Shown here piece after piece: positions 59,938-64,000 of a stretch of DNA of 64,000 bases (positions within the stretch are counted from its first letter, which is position 1; every line of letters begins with the position of its first letter). The translations under genes were made by a program, and so were the position numbers. The notes under the pieces were generated by a model. The model was not told the origin of the DNA and did no database searches. It worked only from the letters and a program-made list of their open reading frames with translations. Origin of the DNA: a virus; IMG/VR virus record IMGVR_UViG_3300023242_000006, positions 5,476 to 69,475 of that record; one strand, written 5' to 3'.

Positions 59938-60856
59938 CGTGATGTTCGTATAGGTTCGTTAATCCCTATACCGTTCTCTTATGAACTGCTACATTTTTCA
60001 ATGTAGACCAGACTATATCAACATCTTATAAATAAGATGGTATCCATTTCCACTCACTTGAGTGTACGTCTTTCGACTAGTCGTTGAACTTTTTTAATCT
60101 TTATTTTGATAAGTATAAATTCTAGTTATGTGAGAAATAAACTCTTCTGTCGTCATGGTACTTTTTGAATTATTACAAAACTTACAACAACTAACACAAT
60201 TATCAACAGAATAACCAATAGAGTTATTTACTCTATCAACACCATTAACTCTAAATGGAGAAGTATCCATTTTTTTTCGTTTAGTGCCTTTCCATCCCAT
60301 ATGTGGTTCTAAACCACAATAATGACAATTACCATCTAGTAATTTATAACATTCCTCAGTAGTTAACTTAAAAAAGTAATTTCTTCTTGTTGCTGCTTTT
60401 AAATAATTTCTAAAAATTTCATGTTTAAGACCTTCAAAATTTGGTTTTGATTGCCTTTCAACTATTTTTTCTTTCATTAAACAACCACATGATGCGTGTC
60501 TACCGTTTTTTAAAAGATTACTTCTAGCTATTGTGGTATTACCACAATCACATTTACAAAGGTAACCTTTTTCTCTACTGTGATGCTCAATAACTGTTAA
60601 CCTATTGAACTTTTTACCTATCATTTTCTCTTTTGCTTTCATATGTTACAACATTAATTATAATAATAAATATATAACTATTTCACAAAAGACATTAAAA
60701 ATTAAACTTAGCTGCTGATTTTCCAATCTCTTACCTTTTCAAACATTCACGATTGATGTTACCATCTGCGTTGTAGTGTTAAGAGCTCTAAGGACGTTCC
60801 AGCAATTAGAATACTTTCGATATGGTGTCACCACCATAAAGGGCTATATTAATCTA
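59938..60856 (-). mobile_element. Group I-like intron (about 919 nt) interrupting nadV, carrying an HNH endonuclease ORF
   Basis: On the RNA strand exon 1 ends ..GUAUGGU and the intron ends ..CAUCACG (terminal G) before ACCCGAUU. Splicing restores VWY-PITV, which is conserved in NAMPT. Confidence 0.65.
60094..60642 (-). CDS. Intron-encoded HNH endonuclease
   Basis: C..C pairs and C-terminal GVDRVNNSIGYSVDNCVSCCKFCNNSK. Confidence 0.7.
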   Translation of the reverse strand: MKAKEKMIGKKFNRLTVIEHHSREKGYLCKCDCGNTTIARSNLLKNGRHASCGCLMKEKIVERQSKPNFEGLKHEIFRNYLKAATRRNYFFKLTTEECYKLLDGNCHYCGLEPHMGWKGTKRKKMDTSPFRVNGVDRVNNSIGYSVDNCVSCCKFCNNSKSTMTTEEFISHITRIYTYQNKD

Positions 60857-61394
60857 ACCATACTTGCAACAAGATAGTTTCTAAAAAGTTAGTTAACCAT
60901 GCACAGTTCTCATCTAAAGATTCGATAACGAACAAAACATTTTTGGTTCCAACTACATTTCCTTCTGGAACTGCTTTGATGCTGATAGGTAATTTACCAT
61001 CATACATCTCGATAATATAATCGAATTTTGTTCTATCGAATACATCGTCACGACCAAACACACCGTGCTTTGTACCTAAATATTCAAATGCTTCATCAAC
61101 CTCTTCTTTCGTAATGGCAACACCTTCTAAGTATTGTTTTAAAAAGATTTGTAACCCGTAGAATACTGTCTCAGAGAATTTACCACCTCTTGATTCCAAG
61201 TAAGATACCATCTTAGTCATTTCACTACCATAGAATCTGTGATGTGAATATTTGTAAGCATCTGAACACAAAATCAAGTTGTTTGGTTTTGTTAACGCTT
61301 TACTGAGATATTTTTGAATACCTTCAATAGATACCCAATCTTTGTTTTCTATCGCAGTTTTTAATTTTTCAGCTATTTTTTTTTGTAAACTCAT
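60857..61394 (-). CDS. nadV: Nicotinamide phosphoribosyltransferase NadV/NAMPT, exon 1
   Basis: ..LCSDAYKYSHHRFYG... is the NAMPT N-terminus. The track ORF ends LQVWLD* just inside the intron. Confidence 0.7.
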
Positions 61395-61415
61395 GTTTTT
61401 GTTCTTTATTTAATG

Positions 61416-62414
61416 TTATTCACCAGTGTAAGTTACATTATCAATTCTTTCAACTAATCTTTCACCAATATTTGGTATAAGTTTTTCATCGTAAACTTTG
61501 TTAACCAAAGCCAACATCATTTCACGGTGTTCTGGCATTACTTTGGTTCTAACCGTATCAAAGTTACTGAACTCTCTAATTGGAATCCATTTAACATCTG
61601 CGATATCATCACTAGCTTTTGCGTAACCCATATTTTTGCGACCCAAGAATAACGTAGTCATTATCCCAGATTCTTCTTTGGCATATCTCCAATCTTTTAC
61701 TCTATGACTTAAGATATATTTTAAGTCGCTGATAACACAATTACCACCAGTTTCTTCACGAAACTCTCTCAAAGCTGCTTTTTCATAGCTTTCATCTGTC
61801 GGGTCAACAAATCCACCAACGAATCTCCAATACTTCTCGTTAGGTTTTCTACCCATAAGAATCTCACCTTCATCGTTGTATGCACAGATATCAACTGTTG
61901 GATAAGAGACTGGTCTTTGATTAAATGCTGAGTAGATAACACCAGACCTAAAATCAGTAGAGTCAAGAGTTTCTTTAGCGACATCTGCTCTAATGTTTGT
62001 AGCGTTATGGTTAAAGCTAGCTTCTAATTCAATAACTTGAAATTTGCCTTTGTAATGAGGAATGAACGAATCACGGCTACCATAAATAACTGTTTTCTTT
62101 TCACCAAACGGCATAGAAATAGCTGAATCAATTTCTGAACTCCATTTTTCATCGTATCTTTGGTCCATTACTGGTAAAATCATTAAACTAGGAAACGATT
62201 TTTGAATCATAGCTTTACGACTAGCAAAATCCAAAGGGTTTTTCTTGGTGTTTTGTACTCTAGACACACCTAGGATAAGTACAGTTTTTTTATGATTTGA
62301 AAGGACGTGGTTAATCAAGTCAATATGTCCTTTATGTAATCGGTTTGTTTGAAATCGCCCTATAACAACCCCAACTTCAAAATCCGTTGGTTCTATGTTT
62401 TTTTTAATGTCCAT
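61416..62414 (-). CDS. Bifunctional NMN adenylyltransferase / Nudix hydrolase (NatV/NadM-Nudix-like)
   Basis: N-terminus GRFQ..HKGH (nucleotidyltransferase H-x-G-H). C-terminal Nudix box GGFVDPTDESYEKAALREFREETGG. Start trimmed to MDIKK, downstream of the promoter motif at 62438. Confidence 0.75.
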   Translation of the reverse strand: MDIKKNIEPTDFEVGVVIGRFQTNRLHKGHIDLINHVLSNHKKTVLILGVSRVQNTKKNPLDFASRKAMIQKSFPSLMILPVMDQRYDEKWSSEIDSAISMPFGEKKTVIYGSRDSFIPHYKGKFQVIELEASFNHNATNIRADVAKETLDSTDFRSGVIYSAFNQRPVSYPTVDICAYNDEGEILMGRKPNEKYWRFVGGFVDPTDESYEKAALREFREETGGNCVISDLKYILSHRVKDWRYAKEESGIMTTLFLGRKNMGYAKASDDIADVKWIPIREFSNFDTVRTKVMPEHREMMLALVNKVYDEKLIPNIGERLVERIDNVTYTGE

Positions 62415-62486
62415 ATTTGATTTTATTTTTATAGTACAAAGGTACAAAAAAAAATGCAGATAAAACAAATTATCTAAAAGTTTTTT

Positions 62487-63872
62487 TTATTTAACTTGAA
62501 AACCCATTGTTTGTTTCTCTTTTTCCACTTGGCTTGAATAAAACCCTTTGTAAGATTCATTAATTAAACTAACAGTATCATCAATACCCCATTCAGCATC
62601 ATCCTCAGACATCTCTTTAATGTTATCAGCTAAATTTGCTATGAAAGCACCTGTGATGTTAACTTTTTTACCGTTTATTTTACCAGAAAGCGCATTGTAC
62701 ACTTCTTGAACCTTCCATTGTTCTGGTAAATGAATCTTACATACTTTGATTATTTGTTCGTCATCTAAGAAACTATAATCTAACGTGAAGTTAAAACGTC
62801 CAGGTCTCTCAGCCGCTTTATCCACTAACCCTTTGTCATTGGTGGAAGCCAATAAACTTATTTTTCTTTTCTTAACTCCATCGAAGAACGATAAAAATTG
62901 ACCTAACAAACGAGTGTAGCTACCATTATCTCTTGAACCTAAGTACAAGTCAATATCATCCATTATAATTACAGCGTTTTCGAATATCTCACACCCTTCC
63001 ATGATTGACGTTAAGTCTTCAGAGTTACCGAAGTCTGGAATAATAAATGTTACATTAGGAATAAGCTTTCTAGCAATCTCACGAATTGATTCCGTTTTTC
63101 CAGTTCCTGGTTCACCATTAAGTAAGTATCTTGCATTACCACCTCTAGCCACACGTGTTACAAAGTGTTCTATAAATTTCATTTGAACATCATTAAGAAC
63201 AAGTTCGTTACTAGCAGCTTCGATATCAATGATTTCAATACCTTTAAAACGACCCTCTCTTAATTTAACTTTGATACATTTACCTTTGTATTCAGATTCA
63301 TTAAAAGCAAGAGTTTTAATTTTCTTAATCAATTTCGAAAAATCGTTATGGTCAATACCTTTTTTAGAAGTTAAATGAAATTGATTATTCAATTCATTTC
63401 GACCATCTAAAAACATTTTTGTTTGAAAGATATAATCGTTTTCATCATCTTCTAACTTACAAATAAACCAGTAAGAACCTGTAACTTCGAAATTACCTCC
63501 AAACTCTACTCTACCAATATTATCGCTAGTACCGTAACCATTTACAACCATACCACTTTGTTTACCTTTCATCACTGAATGTAAATAAGCGTTGATAATT
63601 GCAAATTCAATAAAACTAACTTCTTCAGTGTATGAATTAGTTAAGTACGGTTCATCATCATCATCATCATCATCATATGTTTTGTTCGAAAACGAATCAT
63701 TTGGTACCCCAAAAGTTTCAACCTCAGTTGATAATATAGCAACCTCTTCCAAAGTTTCTACATCTATTTTTGGTAAAAGACTAACTAAATCTTCTAGACT
63801 TTTAGTTAGTCTAATTTCACGCTTTTGATTTGAATTTGTCACTTCAACCTTCTTTTTTTTCTTTTCGTACAT
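62487..63872 (-). CDS. AAA+ ATPase with poly-Asp N-terminal region
   Basis: Walker A GEPGTGKT, Walker B IIMDDIDL, and a DDDDDDE run. Confidence 0.65.
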   Translation of the reverse strand: MYEKKKKKVEVTNSNQKREIRLTKSLEDLVSLLPKIDVETLEEVAILSTEVETFGVPNDSFSNKTYDDDDDDDEPYLTNSYTEEVSFIEFAIINAYLHSVMKGKQSGMVVNGYGTSDNIGRVEFGGNFEVTGSYWFICKLEDDENDYIFQTKMFLDGRNELNNQFHLTSKKGIDHNDFSKLIKKIKTLAFNESEYKGKCIKVKLREGRFKGIEIIDIEAASNELVLNDVQMKFIEHFVTRVARGGNARYLLNGEPGTGKTESIREIARKLIPNVTFIIPDFGNSEDLTSIMEGCEIFENAVIIMDDIDLYLGSRDNGSYTRLLGQFLSFFDGVKKRKISLLASTNDKGLVDKAAERPGRFNFTLDYSFLDDEQIIKVCKIHLPEQWKVQEVYNALSGKINGKKVNITGAFIANLADNIKEMSEDDAEWGIDDTVSLINESYKGFYSSQVEKEKQTMGFQVK

Positions 63873-64000
63873 GTTTTTTTTTTATTTTTAAATTTGATTA
63901 ATGATGGTCAATTCTTTCTATTTCTTTTATGTTCATTATTGTTTTTATTTCATCGTAACTAACTGGTCTATACTCCCATCCATTACAACCCATATCTAAA

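Overview
This 64 kb window is AT-rich (about 30% GC), densely packed, and almost entirely transcribed from the minus strand. It looks like a segment of a large virulent phage (jumbo-phage style) that infects a Bacteroidetes host. Three observations point to that host: a decamer TACAAAGGTA recurs on the plus strand immediately upstream of about 25 minus-strand genes, and it is the reverse complement of the Bacteroidetes sigma-A -7 element TAnnTTTG; many start codons sit only 2-4 nt from it, which implies leaderless mRNAs; and one 1052-aa protein ends in a recognisable T9SS (Por) C-terminal sorting domain. Recognisable content includes a phage sigma-70 family factor, SmpB, IF-3, an RNase R/II-like exoribonuclease, a CsaA-like tRNA-binding protein, a NUDIX hydrolase, an Smr protein, three metallophosphoesterases, several HAD-like phosphatases, a nucleoside 2-deoxyribosyltransferase, two P-loop ATPases, an SPFH/band-7 lipoprotein and an RlpA-like 3D-domain protein. 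There is also a GC-rich block of tRNA and tRNA-like genes plus a clean tRNA at 32398..32471. Homing endonucleases are unusually numerous. They comprise several HNH endonucleases, a Seg-like and a YhbQ-like GIY-YIG nuclease, two proteins with zinc-ribbon repeats fused to a T5orf172 or PD-(D/E)XK domain, and two decayed endonuclease remnants. Three of these sit on the otherwise empty plus strand, two of them behind small ribbon-helix-helix genes. The most notable block is 55.2-63.9 kb. It carries Sir2, two HAD-like proteins, a Macro domain protein, a NADAR (YbiA-like) protein, a nicotinamide phosphoribosyltransferase (NadV/NAMPT) and a bifunctional NMN adenylyltransferase/Nudix protein (NatV-like), and an AAA ATPase. 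I read this as a phage NAD+ salvage and ADP-ribose processing island, probably counter-defence. The NadV gene in it is split by a roughly 919-nt group I-like intron that encodes an HNH endonuclease. The first 2.7 kb is a higher-order tandem array of about 13 paralogous mini-genes built from 12-nt CTTACTGAATnn microrepeats, with no obvious counterpart in anything I recognise. Other points of interest are a repeated terminator-promoter cassette, a duplicated promoter and 5' coding segment driving the T9SS-domain protein, a small-ORF block with its own intergenic repeats, and two apparently frameshifted genes.
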